From: an uncultured Pseudomonadota bacterium
Lineage (GTDB): Bacteria > Oederibacteriota > Muellerivitia > Muellerivitales > Muellerivitaceae
Reading direction: 5' to 3'
Assembly (NCBI GenBank): GCA_963836235.1
Contig: CAWIIP010000002.1
Span: forward strand, 448,001-512,000
Length of the DNA stretch: 64,000 bases
Of this stretch, positions 39,057-49,170 are shown in pieces (position 1 is the stretch's first letter; each line of letters starts with the position of its first letter). Under the pieces are notes generated by a model. The model did not search any database, was not told the origin of the DNA, and worked only from the letters and a program-made list of their open reading frames with translations. A program made the position numbers and the translations under genes.

Positions 39057-40370
39057 TTACTGGTACTGCTGGAGCCACTGCCTTAATCGATCATTGGCCG
39101 GATCCAATTCCAAAACCTTACGATAAGACTCTAAAGACTTATCGAAATAAAGCCTTCCTAATCGGCTCCATGCTTTTTCAAAATTAGGATCCTTTTCCAC
39201 GGCTTTGATGTAAAGATCCAAGGCCTCTTGTTTAAGACCCATTCGGAGTTTTTCTTCCGCCTGATCAAACAATTGCTGCGGAGTCAATTCATCCTGGGAG
39301 GTAACCTGGAATTTCAACATCACAGGCTTATTACCCGCGGCTGGCGGTGGAAGAGCGGGATTCGAACTGATTCCCGGTAAAATACTCATCGGAGGAGGAT
39401 TAACCCCGGTTTTGGGGGCTTTCACCGGGGGCTCAAAAAACACGGAAAGGCCGAAACGTTGGATATTGCCTAAATTTCCCTCGAAAGAAAAGGAATAGTC
39501 GAATTGAAACTGCCCTACCCTCGCGCCCGCCCCGAAATCCAGCCCCTGCATTCCCCCCAATTGGTTATCCTGCAAATCATAGGAATATCCCGCCCTTAAA
39601 AAATAGCTCTTTTGATAAGAGTACTCAAAACCCGAATTAAGATGGCTGTTTCCTTGAAAAGCCAAGTCCCCTCCCGCGCTGACCAACAAGGAATGCAATT
39701 CTCTTTTAGCTAGGCTAAACCGGTAAGCGGCTCCCCAATAAAAATCTGCCGGTAAATTATATCCTCCGGTTTCCACTCCTAAATTTTTCATGTTGAACCC
39801 AATTGAAAAACGCTCGACGGGTTTGGCCCAAAAACCCAGGTCCCATAGCAAACCGGTGTGAACAACACCGGCAATGTCCTGGCGAATCCATTGGCTGGCG
39901 AATCCCAAGGAAACGTCCTTATCGATCAGGAAACCGAAACCTCCCTCCGCGCTAATGTCAAAAGGAGTGTAAGTACCAATCAAATTCCCAAAGTTGTCCC
40001 GCTGGTCAATGCTTCCATAATTGAGGTAATTGATGCCCAAGGCTAAGGTTCCCGCCGGACCCATGGGGTAAAGGCCGGCCACGTTGTCATAAAACCCATC
40101 GGCTAGGTAGGTATTATGGGTTAACACCATCTCGGGCTGTTGGATCTGGGCCAATCCCGCCGAGTTGTAGTGAAGCGCCGAAAGATCATCCGCAACCGCG
40201 GTGAAGCTTTCTCCCATCCCCACCGCCCGGGCCCCCATCCCGAAAGAAAGTATGGGAAAAGCGGTAGAGCTATTGGAAGAAACGGTCTGGGAGAAAAGCC
40301 GGTCCGCGCAGGCGACTATTCCCAAACCTATCAAAACAATGAGTAACCTCTTGTTCAAAATAGGCCTCAA
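39057..40370 (-). CDS. PorV/PorQ-like (UPF0164) outer-membrane beta-barrel with C-terminal TPRs
   Basis: signal peptide; GARAVGMGESFTAVADDLSALHYNSAGL; alternating beta strands (FLRAGY, FDYSF); Pro linker then TPRs. Confidence 0.85.
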   Translation of the reverse strand: MRPILNKRLLIVLIGLGIVACADRLFSQTVSSNSSTAFPILSFGMGARAVGMGESFTAVADDLSALHYNSAGLAQIQQPEMVLTHNTYLADGFYDNVAGLYPMGPAGTLALGINYLNYGSIDQRDNFGNLIGTYTPFDISAEGGFGFLIDKDVSLGFASQWIRQDIAGVVHTGLLWDLGFWAKPVERFSIGFNMKNLGVETGGYNLPADFYWGAAYRFSLAKRELHSLLVSAGGDLAFQGNSHLNSGFEYSYQKSYFLRAGYSYDLQDNQLGGMQGLDFGAGARVGQFQFDYSFSFEGNLGNIQRFGLSVFFEPPVKAPKTGVNPPPMSILPGISSNPALPPPAAGNKPVMLKFQVTSQDELTPQQLFDQAEEKLRMGLKQEALDLYIKAVEKDPNFEKAWSRLGRLYFDKSLESYRKVLELDPANDRLRQWLQQYQ

Positions 40371-40549
40371 AAAAGATTCAATTAATAAAACGGATTGACT
40401 ACTCCAAAAGACTTTTCTCTATTCCCATAAGACCACTCTCGTCTGACCCACGCATTATAGTCGGGAAAAACAGATATTATTCAGAGGATAAAACACCTTA
40501 AAGGACCACTATCCAAAAGTTATTTCGAAGAAAAACGATAGGCTTTTCG

Positions 40550-41338
40550 TCACGGTGTTCGAACAACCGCGAATTTAGTCGGTTTTGATTTTCGGGCTCC
40601 GGAGATTCCTTGCGTCTGAACAAAATAGTAATAAATCCCATGGGAATATCGGGTGATATCAGCGGGGTAAATATTAGGCCCCGGAACGCCACTGGTGTTA
40701 TAGGTCGCCGCCAACCCTACCGTCGAATTATAAACCGAAATTTTCACCTGGCTTGCCTCACAAAGAACAAACAGAAAGTTCATCGTGTTTCCCATGGCTG
40801 GATTTGGATAAGAATAGGTTTCGATCGTGCTGCAGTCACTGGCTGTGAAAGGGGGCGTAGGAGTTGATGAAACCACCGGAGTGGCCGTCACCGTAAATGT
40901 AACAGTGCCCGTGAAGGTTGTGGTTGAAGTAAAGGTCTGAGTTGGGGAAAGCGTAGGTGTGGCAGTGCTGGTTGGTGTAAACGTAAAGGTTAAAGTGAAA
41001 GTGTTTGTTTCCGTATTCGTCGAGGTGGAAGTGCTGGTCACAATTGCGGTTGAAGTTGGCGTATTGGTCGGGGTGTTCGTAAGGGTATTGACGGCGGTCA
41101 TTGTGGGTGTGCTTGTCGCGGTGCCAATAGGCGTATTGGTGGCCGTGTTGGAAGCCGTGGAAGTCGGGGTATTGGTGACTAGAATCGTCGGACTAGGCGT
41201 TGGGCTCATGGTGAGTGTGCAAGGACTACAAAAAGTTGCCGTATTCGTGGGGGTACTGGTGAAAGCCTGGCAAAAGCCCCTGGAATGGACTTCAAATAGG
41301 ATGAACCACAAGCCCAAAAAGCACAGGAATTTTTTCAT
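40550..41338 (-). CDS. exported Thr/Pro-linker protein with T9SS-type-A-like C-terminal domain
   Basis: signal peptide MKKFLCFL, about 140 aa of T-x-T repeats, then YSYPNP...ISVYN...GIYYY...TKFAVVR. Confidence 0.82.
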   Translation of the reverse strand: MKKFLCFLGLWFILFEVHSRGFCQAFTSTPTNTATFCSPCTLTMSPTPSPTILVTNTPTSTASNTATNTPIGTATSTPTMTAVNTLTNTPTNTPTSTAIVTSTSTSTNTETNTFTLTFTFTPTSTATPTLSPTQTFTSTTTFTGTVTFTVTATPVVSSTPTPPFTASDCSTIETYSYPNPAMGNTMNFLFVLCEASQVKISVYNSTVGLAATYNTSGVPGPNIYPADITRYSHGIYYYFVQTQGISGARKSKPTKFAVVRTP

Positions 41339-41391
41339 CCGAGAGATTCTAACTTTATGATGAATTTGGGAGGTAGATAACATGTTGTGAT

Positions 41392-42369
41392 TTATTTAGG
41401 AAGAATCTTTAAGATGCCCGACATCTTTTTATTCCCCAGATCGAGTACGACCGTATAGTCGCCCGGAAGAACCGCGTTCCCTAGTTCGTCCTTCCCATCC
41501 CAATCAACATAATGGTCACCCGTTTCCAGGACACCCTGATAAAGATGCCGAATCAAGAGTGTGTTGGAATCGTAAACCGTCACGATGACATTTTGCGTCT
41601 TTGGCATATCAATAGTAACTCGGAGGGAATCCCCCTCCGCCGTGGAAGATGATCCGGAATTCACCGCAGGAATCCCTGGAGGCGCGGTATTTGTAACTGA
41701 GGACGGGATCGGGCTGGTTAGATTTTGCGCGTTTACGGATGAGAAACTACCTGGATTCGAGATTGAAGGAACGGTTGCGCCAAATCCACTTTCACGGGTC
41801 GCGGGACCCAAAGATGACACGGAAGGATTCTTCCCATTGGAATCGGCATGGGACGCCACATCAACTTCTGTTCCTTTCAAACGAGAAGACTGAGGTTCTG
41901 AGGCCAATTGGGGCGAAGGGGAACTCATCTTTTTCTCCGATTTGACTGTTAAGGTTAGACCTTTTGTTGGCTGATTTCCCGGGACTGGTTGAGACTCCGG
42001 TAAGGCAAGCATGGCGGATGGCTGGCTGTTGATCGATGATTGAATCATTGGCCAAATTCGGCGAACTCCAAAATAAAGGACTCCTGCCGAGGCAAGGACT
42101 AAGACGATTTTGTTTGTAAGCTTAAGGAAACGCAAAATGGGTGAGGGTTTGTATTGGCTCCAAATGGCGCCTATCTTGCCGTCTAAACGGCCCGCCATTT
42201 CATCAATTTGAGCCTCCGATACCGGCCCCAGTCTTTGGGCAACAGCTTGAGTCACCTGTTCAGCGAAAAGGGGATTCTTACGAATGAGCGCGTCGAATTC
42301 GGCTTGGGCTTCTTCGGTAAAAGACCCATCCAAATAGATTTGTAATAAGGTTTCAGGAGTGAATTTCAT
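41392..42369 (-). CDS. putative anti-sigma factor: N-terminal helical domain, TM, Ser/Pro linker, FlgD-Ig-like C-terminal domain
   Basis: ATGA overlap with ECF stop; [10 protein letters not shown] anti-sigma-like start; VTVYDS...LIRHL...[16 protein letters not shown]. Confidence 0.75.
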   Translation of the reverse strand: MKFTPETLLQIYLDGSFTEEAQAEFDALIRKNPLFAEQVTQAVAQRLGPVSEAQIDEMAGRLDGKIGAIWSQYKPSPILRFLKLTNKIVLVLASAGVLYFGVRRIWPMIQSSINSQPSAMLALPESQPVPGNQPTKGLTLTVKSEKKMSSPSPQLASEPQSSRLKGTEVDVASHADSNGKNPSVSSLGPATRESGFGATVPSISNPGSFSSVNAQNLTSPIPSSVTNTAPPGIPAVNSGSSSTAEGDSLRVTIDMPKTQNVIVTVYDSNTLLIRHLYQGVLETGDHYVDWDGKDELGNAVLPGDYTVVLDLGNKKMSGILKILPK

Positions 42370-42923
42370 GAGCTTCTCTCTTCCCATCCTGGGAGTTTTT
42401 CCCGAACTTTTTCAATCAACTTTTGCCTTGCCCGAAATAACCCTGATGTGACACTACCTACCGGTATCTTCAAGCGGTTCGCGATGGATTCGTAAGAGAG
42501 TCCTTTGATTTCCCGCAGGGTGATCAGTTCCTTGTCCCTTCCCTCCAGTTTTTGGATTTCTTCCCGGAGCATCAGAAGGGCTTCTTCAGGATAAGGCGTT
42601 GTTTGTTCTCTAGACGGGTGACTGGCAAAAAAATCCACTGAAAAGGGCATTGTTTTTTTCTTCTTTTCCAAAAAATCCCGGCAAAGATTAACCGCGATAT
42701 GGTTCAACCAAGTGGCCAAGGAACACTCAAATCGGAAGTTTTCAAGGTTTTTAAGGGCTTTTATGAATGTTTCCTGAACCATATCCTCGACTTCGCTGTC
42801 GCTTCCCAGGAAATACCAACAGGCACGGATAAGGGGTTTTTTATGGGTGTTGTAGAGTTCTTGGAAAGCGGCGGCATGACCTTTGAGAATGCGCTTAACA
42901 AGTTCCTTTTCGTTTGGATTCAA
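42366..42923 (-). CDS. ECF sigma-70 factor
   Basis: EDMVQETFIKA, TWLNHIAVNLCRD, LSYESIA...GSVTSGLFRAR. Confidence 0.93.
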   Translation of the reverse strand: MNPNEKELVKRILKGHAAAFQELYNTHKKPLIRACWYFLGSDSEVEDMVQETFIKALKNLENFRFECSLATWLNHIAVNLCRDFLEKKKKTMPFSVDFFASHPSREQTTPYPEEALLMLREEIQKLEGRDKELITLREIKGLSYESIANRLKIPVGSVTSGLFRARQKLIEKVREKLPGWEERSS

Positions 42924-43039
42924 GGAAATTCCTCAAATATGGACTATAGGCATATAGATCCCGTTGGAAGACGATAAAATTATACAAAATAAAAGGCAAT
43001 TAGGGCATGAGAAGGAAGGTAAAAGGCAAAGTAAGATTT

Positions 43040-44944
43040 TTATTGTCCCAAATGGTCAATAGTATCCATCATCTGATTAACGATGGCCATCATACGAGAA
43101 TTGGTGTCAAAACCTCTCTGAGCGACGATCATATTGCTAAGTTCGGTTGTTAAATCCACATTGGATCCTTCCAAAGAATCATCCTGTACCGCTCCAAAAT
43201 TTCCCTGCCCCGCTATCCCTATGTGGGAAGTACCCGTATTGGAAGACAAGGTGAAATCATTGTTTCCAGCTTGGCTCAAGCCCTCGGGATTTTGAACTTG
43301 CTCTAAGGCTACTTGGGCCAGGCCCAAGGTTTGACCATTGGAAAAAGCTCCTTCAATCACCCCTGTCGGATCGAAGGAAAGACCCTGCAATTGCCCTTCT
43401 GCATATCCGTCTTGCGAAGCCGCATAAACCGTGTTGTTGGGCACATAGTTGTTCACTCCGTTGACCATCTTATAGCTTCCGTCCGCGTCGCTATAAAGAC
43501 CGTTCCTTTCACCCGTACCCAACAACCCAAAGTCCCCAAAATTAAGGGAAATAACCGTAATCTCGGCTCCCTGGGTGGGAATGGCGGAAACAGGAGGATT
43601 CGAATTTTCGGGCGGAAGATAAATGCGGGGAATGGACATGTAGTTAAAATTCAACCCGGCAACCCCCTGAACCCCTCCGACCCCTCCACTGGAAGCTAGC
43701 GAACCATCCGTGTTGAACCATAAAAAGTCACCGAAAAAACCTTGGCCAAAAAGGCCCCGGTCATAGGTAAATATCTGTCCTGGTACGGAAAAATCTCCTT
43801 CCCCGATTCCTGTTCCACCGACTAGGTCGGCCGTGCTGACGGACTGGCCACCGGTCGTGTCAAAGGCGTACCAAGCATAGCAGACCTGATTAGGGCCACT
43901 GGGATTGTTGATGCCATCGGCCCCCAAGTCATTGACCTGATAAAACTGGACGGTGATTTGACGGGCATTCCCGTTGGAATCGTAAACGGTCTCGTTCATC
44001 TGATCGGCTGGCGGAATAGGCGGCTGTTGGTCCCACAAGTAACTTCCCGCATAAGCTTGGGCGGTTCCTAAATTAATGTATCCATTTTCCAAAGGGGCTG
44101 GAGGAGGATTGATGCCTGGAATAAAAGTATCAAGATTTTGGACCTGTTGCAGGGTAAAACCACCCGTGGCTGTCGGCTGAAGCGTCATGCGGTTCGTATC
44201 AATCCCATTGTTGAGGGGCGGAATATTCAGGGCAAGGGCAAGGCCGATGGGGAGAGTGGGTTTCCAAGTGGGAGGAGGGCCCAAAAAATAGTTGGGGACC
44301 AAATCCAAAACATTCGGCTGTTGAAGGGCATCTAAGTTGCCCTTAAAAGAGACTTCTGTGGTGGCTTTGGGCGCCAAGGTCATCTGAGGATCAATTTGAA
44401 TGCTTTGGGTACTGGAAATTTCGGCGGAGTTCAAATTCAATTCCGCATTGGTAACTTGCGCGAATCCTCCATTCCTAGCGGAGTTGATGATGGTGGGGGC
44501 ATACTGCAAAGTGGCATTGATGCCTTGGATTCGGTCCCCATTGGCGTTGACCAGATAACCCTGACTATCGAAAGTCAGGTTTCCCGCTCGGGTCAAATAG
44601 CTCTGGTTACCTTGTTTGGCGACTAGAAACCCATTCCCTTGAATAGAGATATCCGTGGTGATCCCGGTGTTGATCGTCGTTCCCTGGGTAAAGATCGTTT
44701 CAATTGAAGCTAATCTTGTTCCCAATCCAACCTGCCGCGGGTCAACACCTCCCTGCCCAGTGGATGGATTATCTCCTGAACCGCTTAATAAGGTTTGACT
44801 GAACTGATTAGCAAATTCAGCTCGGCTGGCCTTATAAGCCACCGTGTTGACGTTGGAAATATTGTTTCCAATCACATCCAGCCATTGGCTGTCGGATTGC
44901 AACCCAGAAATAGAGCTAAACATGGCCTGAAGGCCCATGAACAT
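43040..44944 (-). CDS. flgE: flagellar hook protein FlgE (long, no flagellar neighbours)
   Basis: SGL...LDVIGNNISNVNT.AYK N-terminus; TRAGNL; VYDSNG; LEGSNVDL..EL..MIVAQRGF..N C-terminus. Confidence 0.9.
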   Translation of the reverse strand: MFMGLQAMFSSISGLQSDSQWLDVIGNNISNVNTVAYKASRAEFANQFSQTLLSGSGDNPSTGQGGVDPRQVGLGTRLASIETIFTQGTTINTGITTDISIQGNGFLVAKQGNQSYLTRAGNLTFDSQGYLVNANGDRIQGINATLQYAPTIINSARNGGFAQVTNAELNLNSAEISSTQSIQIDPQMTLAPKATTEVSFKGNLDALQQPNVLDLVPNYFLGPPPTWKPTLPIGLALALNIPPLNNGIDTNRMTLQPTATGGFTLQQVQNLDTFIPGINPPPAPLENGYINLGTAQAYAGSYLWDQQPPIPPADQMNETVYDSNGNARQITVQFYQVNDLGADGINNPSGPNQVCYAWYAFDTTGGQSVSTADLVGGTGIGEGDFSVPGQIFTYDRGLFGQGFFGDFLWFNTDGSLASSGGVGGVQGVAGLNFNYMSIPRIYLPPENSNPPVSAIPTQGAEITVISLNFGDFGLLGTGERNGLYSDADGSYKMVNGVNNYVPNNTVYAASQDGYAEGQLQGLSFDPTGVIEGAFSNGQTLGLAQVALEQVQNPEGLSQAGNNDFTLSSNTGTSHIGIAGQGNFGAVQDDSLEGSNVDLTTELSNMIVAQRGFDTNSRMMAIVNQMMDTIDHLGQ

Positions 44945-45177
44945 TCCGCCAAATCGGATTTTTTAGGATCGAGGGTCGTTTAGACGAAGTAATCCAACTG
45001 TTTCTAACGGTTTTTTTCTTTAAAACATGAGCTTATTAAGGGATTGAATCAAAAAAATTCACGGTTGTGGATAACTTTTTCAGTCGGAATGTCCTGAAAA
45101 AACCATTAAAAAGCAGGAATTAAGAACTAATGTCCCTGTTCGGAAGGTTAATGGCCCCTCCGTTCCATTTCTAAATT

Positions 45178-45213
45178 AAAAAAGCCGATCCCCCTTAAGG
45201 AAGAACCGGCTTT
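45178..45213 (-). terminator. intrinsic terminator after the SET gene
   Basis: minus strand AAAGCCGGTTCTTCC-TTAA-GGGGGATCGGCTTT plus T tract. Confidence 0.7.
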
Positions 45214-45238
45214 ATTCAAAAAAAACAGCAGCAATCCA

Positions 45239-45742
45239 TTAATTGGAAGCAGCTGTCATCTTTTTACGGTATTGAGGCCCGACTTGAACCATTCCTGAAC
45301 AATTTGCCGACCCACATTGACACTTGAACTCATAACTCCAATTACCCACATTATCGGTATAGCGATAATCCCAGCTGATCTCCTCTCCCGCTGGAATATC
45401 TCGGGTAGAGATCAACACGATTCCGTTGACCACTTTGGCGCTCGGGTCACAGGCATGGTTAACGAAACAAAGGGGATCACAACCATTCTCATAATCGTGA
45501 AGCATGATGAACCCAGGATAAATGTACATCGCGTGGTCAATGTTCAACCTATCCGCGGGAATCGTACGAGTCAGCGTTTCGATTTCGTCTTCTGGAACCA
45601 CAATCCCACCGAATACACCGACAACCTCATTCTCTTTGATATCACGTATGGCATAAACGCCCTTACCTTCCATACCGCTTTGCTTAACCTCCACTGCGTC
45701 GCTAACCCAAGGCTTAATTTTCATTGGATTTTGTTCAACCAT
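45239..45742 (-). CDS. SET-domain lysine methyltransferase with post-SET Cys cluster
   Basis: GKGVYA, VNHACDP, GEEISWDY, CQCGSANC. Confidence 0.92.
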   Translation of the reverse strand: MVEQNPMKIKPWVSDAVEVKQSGMEGKGVYAIRDIKENEVVGVFGGIVVPEDEIETLTRTIPADRLNIDHAMYIYPGFIMLHDYENGCDPLCFVNHACDPSAKVVNGIVLISTRDIPAGEEISWDYRYTDNVGNWSYEFKCQCGSANCSGMVQVGPQYRKKMTAASN

Positions 45743-45937
45743 CCTTTTTACAGTTTGGCCGGTCCCCAAACCCGGTCCTTAATGGGGGAGATTCTAGCTC
45801 AAACCCCCTGGAGGGTTCATCGGTTCTTTAGGATTTTTTAGGCCGGTTTTAAAGGGTTTTTGAAAGGACTACTAGGCCACCAGAGACCCGTCTCCGAGCC
45901 TAGAAGTCCGGGTTTCTCCGGTCCCTCGATCTTTTCG

Positions 45938-46405
45938 TCAAATATGGCAGGAACCCAGGCCTCGTTTGGCAAGATATTGCTGGTGATAATCCTCGGCTTT
46001 CCAAAAAATGGCAGCCGGAACGATTTGGGTCACGATTGGACTCTTATAACCGGTCTTCTGAAGTTTTTCCTTCGATTCCTTAGCGGCCTTTTCTTGTTTT
46101 GAATCATGAAAAAAAATAACTGACCGGTATTGGGAACCAATATCCGGGCCCTGCCGATTCAAAGAAGTCGGATTATGGCTATGCCAAAACACATCCAATA
46201 ATTGTTCGAAGGAAACCTGTTTAGGATCATATTCGACCTGAACCACCTCAGCATGGCCAGTCCGATCGGTGCATACGTCTTTATAGGTGGGAGAATTCGT
46301 GATGCCGCCTTCATAACCAACAGCGGTTGAAACAACTCCTTGCATCTGCCGAAAAGTCTCTTCAACCCCCCAAAAACATCCCGCTCCAAATGTGGCTTTT
46401 TCCAT
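45938..46405 (-). CDS. msrA: peptide-methionine (S)-S-oxide reductase
   Basis: [29 protein letters not shown]. Confidence 0.97.
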   Translation of the reverse strand: MEKATFGAGCFWGVEETFRQMQGVVSTAVGYEGGITNSPTYKDVCTDRTGHAEVVQVEYDPKQVSFEQLLDVFWHSHNPTSLNRQGPDIGSQYRSVIFFHDSKQEKAAKESKEKLQKTGYKSPIVTQIVPAAIFWKAEDYHQQYLAKRGLGSCHI

Positions 46406-46493
46406 GAAAATTCCTCTCTCACTTTTTGACATAAATGAATTCTAATAAAAGTGTTCTTTTTAATTAATACTCCCCAGAAATTAAGGAGGTTAC

Positions 46494-49034
46494 TTATTTT
46501 AGGATTAAGAGTTTAGAAATCCAGTGGTTGGAGGGAGTTGTGACAAGAACGTAATAAATGCCATTTGCCCCTGAAGACCCAATGAAATTATCCGGATCGA
46601 GGCTGAAATAGAAATTTCCGGCCGGCACAAAATGGCTTGTATTCTCATAAACCCTTCGGAATGCCGTGGTGAAAACCTTCACGGTCACAAAATCGTGGGG
46701 ATTGCTAAAAGAAATGGACAAAGTGACTGTACCAGACCCTTTCAAGGGATTCGGATAGAGAATTGGGGTTGCCATTATAGAAGCCGGTATCGTTTCTGTT
46801 GCGGTGGGTGTCAACGTACCTGCGGCTGTAACCGTCGGAGTAAGGGTGGGTGTCCAACTCACGGTCGAGGACACTAAGGGTGTCTCTGAAAGAGTCGGAG
46901 AGGTTGTATAGCTTGAAGTGGGAGTGATACTGGGTGTCATAGTTGAATTTTCCGTAACCGTACTTGAAGGTGAAGCCGTTGGCGTTGAGGTGAAGCTTAA
47001 TGTTGGAGTTCTGGTCGGGCTATTACTGGGCGTCGTTGAAGCCGTATCAGTAGAGGAAAAAGTCGGTGTCAAAGTAGGTGAATTCGTGACACTGGATGTA
47101 GGAGTGACAGTTACTGTAAAAGTAGAAGTCCATGTCAGGTTAGGCGTATCAGTCACTGTTGAGGTTGAAGTCAGGGTGGGTGTGGAGGTAGGTGTTCCCG
47201 TCAATGTCGGCGTGGAAGAAGGGCTATCGGAGGGGGTCAAACTGGGGGTAAAGGTTGGTGTCGGACTGTTCGTGGGAGTAGCGCTGAAGGTGAACGTGGA
47301 CGTAAGGGTGCTGGTGGATGTCACAGTGAAAGTAGGCGTTAAAGTCGGGGTTCCGGTTTGGGTGGGTGTCTCGGTGATGGTCTGGGTAGGCGTCAAGGTG
47401 AAAGTGCTGGTAGGCGTTCCCGAATCGGTGGCGGTGGCTGTTAATGTAGGCGTTCCGGTTATGGAATTGGTAGGACTGTTCGTTGGCGTGGAGGTAATGG
47501 TCGGAGTTCCGGAAGCTGTCCAAGATGGAGTTGTTATTGGGGAATAAGTGGGAGTAGCCGTACTCCCGAGGGGACAATAACTGGCATATATCGGGTCATA
47601 AATGTCGATTCCCACGTTGTAAGAAACGGGATAACTGGAAGCCTTTGCGTCGAAACCATAAGAATTCACTAGGCTCTGGGGAGCGTAGGCTAACGAGTTG
47701 GTAACGGGAGACGAGGCGGTCTGGTAATTCAAGACATAACTCGTGGGCGCGGAAAAGATATAAGCGAGCCAATAGTTTCCGGGAGATAAAACGGTGGCTG
47801 GAATACTAAAACTGTTCCATCCCGAAACCATCGTTTGCGGATTGGCAGGATCGGATTGACCAATGAGGGAACCCATCAAGGAAACGGACTGTGAAGTATA
47901 AATCCCAACCACTGCCTTTGTTCCAGAGCTTTGAGGAAGGCAATAAAGCGAAATGGTTTCCACATTGCCTGTGACCGGCAGGTTATAAACACAGGCCCGT
48001 AAACCGTAAAGGTAACTGGTGGCAGGTCCACTGGAGGCCATAGTAACCGCGTTGCCGAAAAGCATGGCCAAGGCGCCACAATCGGGTGTCAAGCTTGGAT
48101 TGGGCGTGAATGAAATAGTAAAAGTTGCCGTAGGAGTCCAGGTCGTGGTGGCTGAAGGGGTATTGGTAGGGCTAGGAGTACTGGTGAATATAGTTCCAGT
48201 ATTGGTAGGGGTAAAAGTGGGGGTCAAGGTTGGGCTGAGGGTGGGTGTATTCGAAAGAGTAGGCGTATTCGAGGGAGTGGGCGTAATGGTAGGTGCGTCG
48301 CAATAAACCGCATAGATGGTATCAGAGATATAAGGGCTTGCCGAATCGTAAGAAATGGTGGCCGGCATATTGGTCGGCATGGTTCCAAACGTTACTGAAC
48401 CAGAGGTATAAGCCAAAGCGTTGGCGGTTGTGGAAGTATTCCAGTAAACCGCGTGACTGACGGTCGTATTGTAACAATAGGCCAACCAATAATTTCCAGG
48501 GCCAAGATAAGTTGGTGTAATGGAAATCCCATTCCATCCCACAATTGTAGTTTGGGCCGCCGATGAAACGACCAGGCCCCCGATATTACTCGCCGGACCG
48601 CTATATATTCCCGCCATGACCTGGATACCGGAAGTGGGGCACTCTAACCATAAACTGTAAACCGTGGCTGGGGCGTTCAAATTGAACATGCTGGCTCTCA
48701 TCGTATTCGAGGAAAGCCCGTTGCTTGAAAAACTTGTGATCCCCAGAATATTAGCCGAAGCTCCACAGGGGGGCGTCAAAGTAGGATTGGGGGTGAAAGA
48801 AAATGTAGGTGTACCGGTATCAGTTGGGGTGCCGCTTGGAGTCCGGGTAAGGGTGAGGGTGGGAGTATTCGTAATGGTGTGTGTCGCCGTAATCGTCGGG
48901 CTGTCCGTCGGCGTACGAGTGGGAGTCTTGGTCGCCTGCGCCAAAATTATGGCTGGCAATCCCCAATAAATGAGACATAGTAAGGTAGGTATATATAAGC
49001 GTTGAACCAAAACCATTCTCATTATCCCTTTCAA
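46494..49034 (-). CDS. large exported Thr/Pro-rich protein with two repeated beta domains and T9SS-type-A-like CTD
   Basis: signal peptide; duplicated ~155-aa domain (GWN..I..T.L.PGNYWLAY...IYA.YC); C-terminal ILYPNP...VKVFT...GIYYV...KLLILK. Confidence 0.85.
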   Translation of the reverse strand: MKGIMRMVLVQRLYIPTLLCLIYWGLPAIILAQATKTPTRTPTDSPTITATHTITNTPTLTLTRTPSGTPTDTGTPTFSFTPNPTLTPPCGASANILGITSFSSNGLSSNTMRASMFNLNAPATVYSLWLECPTSGIQVMAGIYSGPASNIGGLVVSSAAQTTIVGWNGISITPTYLGPGNYWLAYCYNTTVSHAVYWNTSTTANALAYTSGSVTFGTMPTNMPATISYDSASPYISDTIYAVYCDAPTITPTPSNTPTLSNTPTLSPTLTPTFTPTNTGTIFTSTPSPTNTPSATTTWTPTATFTISFTPNPSLTPDCGALAMLFGNAVTMASSGPATSYLYGLRACVYNLPVTGNVETISLYCLPQSSGTKAVVGIYTSQSVSLMGSLIGQSDPANPQTMVSGWNSFSIPATVLSPGNYWLAYIFSAPTSYVLNYQTASSPVTNSLAYAPQSLVNSYGFDAKASSYPVSYNVGIDIYDPIYASYCPLGSTATPTYSPITTPSWTASGTPTITSTPTNSPTNSITGTPTLTATATDSGTPTSTFTLTPTQTITETPTQTGTPTLTPTFTVTSTSTLTSTFTFSATPTNSPTPTFTPSLTPSDSPSSTPTLTGTPTSTPTLTSTSTVTDTPNLTWTSTFTVTVTPTSSVTNSPTLTPTFSSTDTASTTPSNSPTRTPTLSFTSTPTASPSSTVTENSTMTPSITPTSSYTTSPTLSETPLVSSTVSWTPTLTPTVTAAGTLTPTATETIPASIMATPILYPNPLKGSGTVTLSISFSNPHDFVTVKVFTTAFRRVYENTSHFVPAGNFYFSLDPDNFIGSSGANGIYYVLVTTPSNHWISKLLILK

Positions 49035-49170
49035 AGCGTGGTTATTCTAACGGCTTTTAAAGGGAAAACTTGATAAAACCAGCTATTAGTTAGGTATTTA
49101 CCCTTATCAACAAGTTCTATTACCAGCAAAACATTCATCTTTCATGAGCCTTAACCCCTGAAAGAAATTT

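Noticed and set aside
44330-44400. Spirochete-type lysinoalanine cross-link in FlgE
   Set aside because: The equivalent of the ACNLD cysteine is KGNLD here, so the required Cys is absent
44980-45004. ECF promoter upstream of flgE (GAAAC...CGTCTAA)
   Set aside because: Spacer is 13 nt rather than about 16; not supportable without data
45066-45074. Perfect DnaA box (TTATCCACA) upstream of flgE
   Set aside because: Single copy, no cluster or dnaA nearby; could be chance, not an origin
46900-48300. Repetitive DNA as a CRISPR or tandem array (also 40850-41260)
   Set aside because: Explained by Thr/Pro codon repeats; no constant repeat with unique spacers
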